In this document: positions 63,343-64,000 of the stretch, one piece after another
Numbering within the stretch: position 1 is the stretch's first letter
How the letters are laid out: each line of letters opens with the position of its first letter
NCBI GenBank assembly: GCA_964016885.1
Contig: OZ024742.1
Location: 93,124,001 to 93,188,000 of the forward strand
DNA length: 64,000 nucleotides
From: Eledone cirrhosa
Taxonomy: Eukaryota
Direction of reading: 5' to 3'
Position numbers and translations under genes: made by a program
The notes under the pieces: model-generated
What the model was told of the DNA's origin: nothing
The model's database searches: none
The model's input: only the letters and a program-made list of their open reading frames with translations

Positions 63343-64000
63343 TATATACATATACACCCACACACATATATATACACACATATGTATAAATACCTGATAA
63401 CATATACAAACATGCTACATAAAATACACGCATGCATGCATATGTACATACAGATGTGAATATGAATATACAAGTTCCAGTTCATGCCTACATACATGTG
63501 AAGGGCAGTTTGGTGTATAGGTACTGTGGTGATGGTAGTGTCAATAGTGGTGGTGACAGCGGTGTTGTTGGTGTAGTGGAAATGAGTGAAGAATATAAAG
63601 TAATGTAGTTTAAAAATCAAAGAATTACGTATGGTGAAGATTATGGGAATATATAATTATAGAAGCTATGATGGGTGAATGAGTGAGAGGTGGTGGGGTG
63701 GTATTGGTGTTAAGTAAATATGTGAAATATATAAGATATATAAATATAACTTATGGAGATATAACTACAATGAAGATTATGGCAATATAAATATTATGGA
63801 ATTACATAAGATGATGATAGTTGTAGTGGCAGGGTTGTGTGGGTGTTAGGTACATATAAAGTATAAGGTATGAGGAATAAAGAAAGTAAGGAGAAAATGA
63901 AAAAGCTGAAAATATGAAAAATGGAGAAAGGGAAATGAAAAATGGAAAAGTTGGAAAGATGACAAAAAATGACAGAATTACAAAATGAAAGAAAAGAAAT

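Overview
AT-rich, microsatellite-dense animal genomic DNA with no supportable host protein-coding exon. The RTE, CORE-SINE and tRNA-SINE repertoire looks like an octopus or other coleoid cephalopod; that assignment is my inference. Nearly everything is transposon-derived. It includes about ten 5'-truncated RTE LINE copies with (GAT)n tails, whose ORF carries a C4-H-C3 (PHD-like) finger inside the RT region, and two tRNA-SINE families. It also includes a full-length decayed mariner, hAT and piggyBac-type MITEs, CRE, CR1 and Tx1-like LINE fragments, a non-autonomous LTR element nested in an RTE, three Penelope-like element (PLE) coding remnants and large simple repeats. The most striking unannotated signal is a dense set of sequence-unrelated type I hammerhead ribozyme motifs: eight clearer loci, two present as inverted pairs, plus degenerate ones. 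They mostly have palindromic helix III, often a very long helix II and a non-Watson-Crick pair closing helix II, and several have an upstream inverted copy that covers the cleavage site. All alignments and folds were done by eye.
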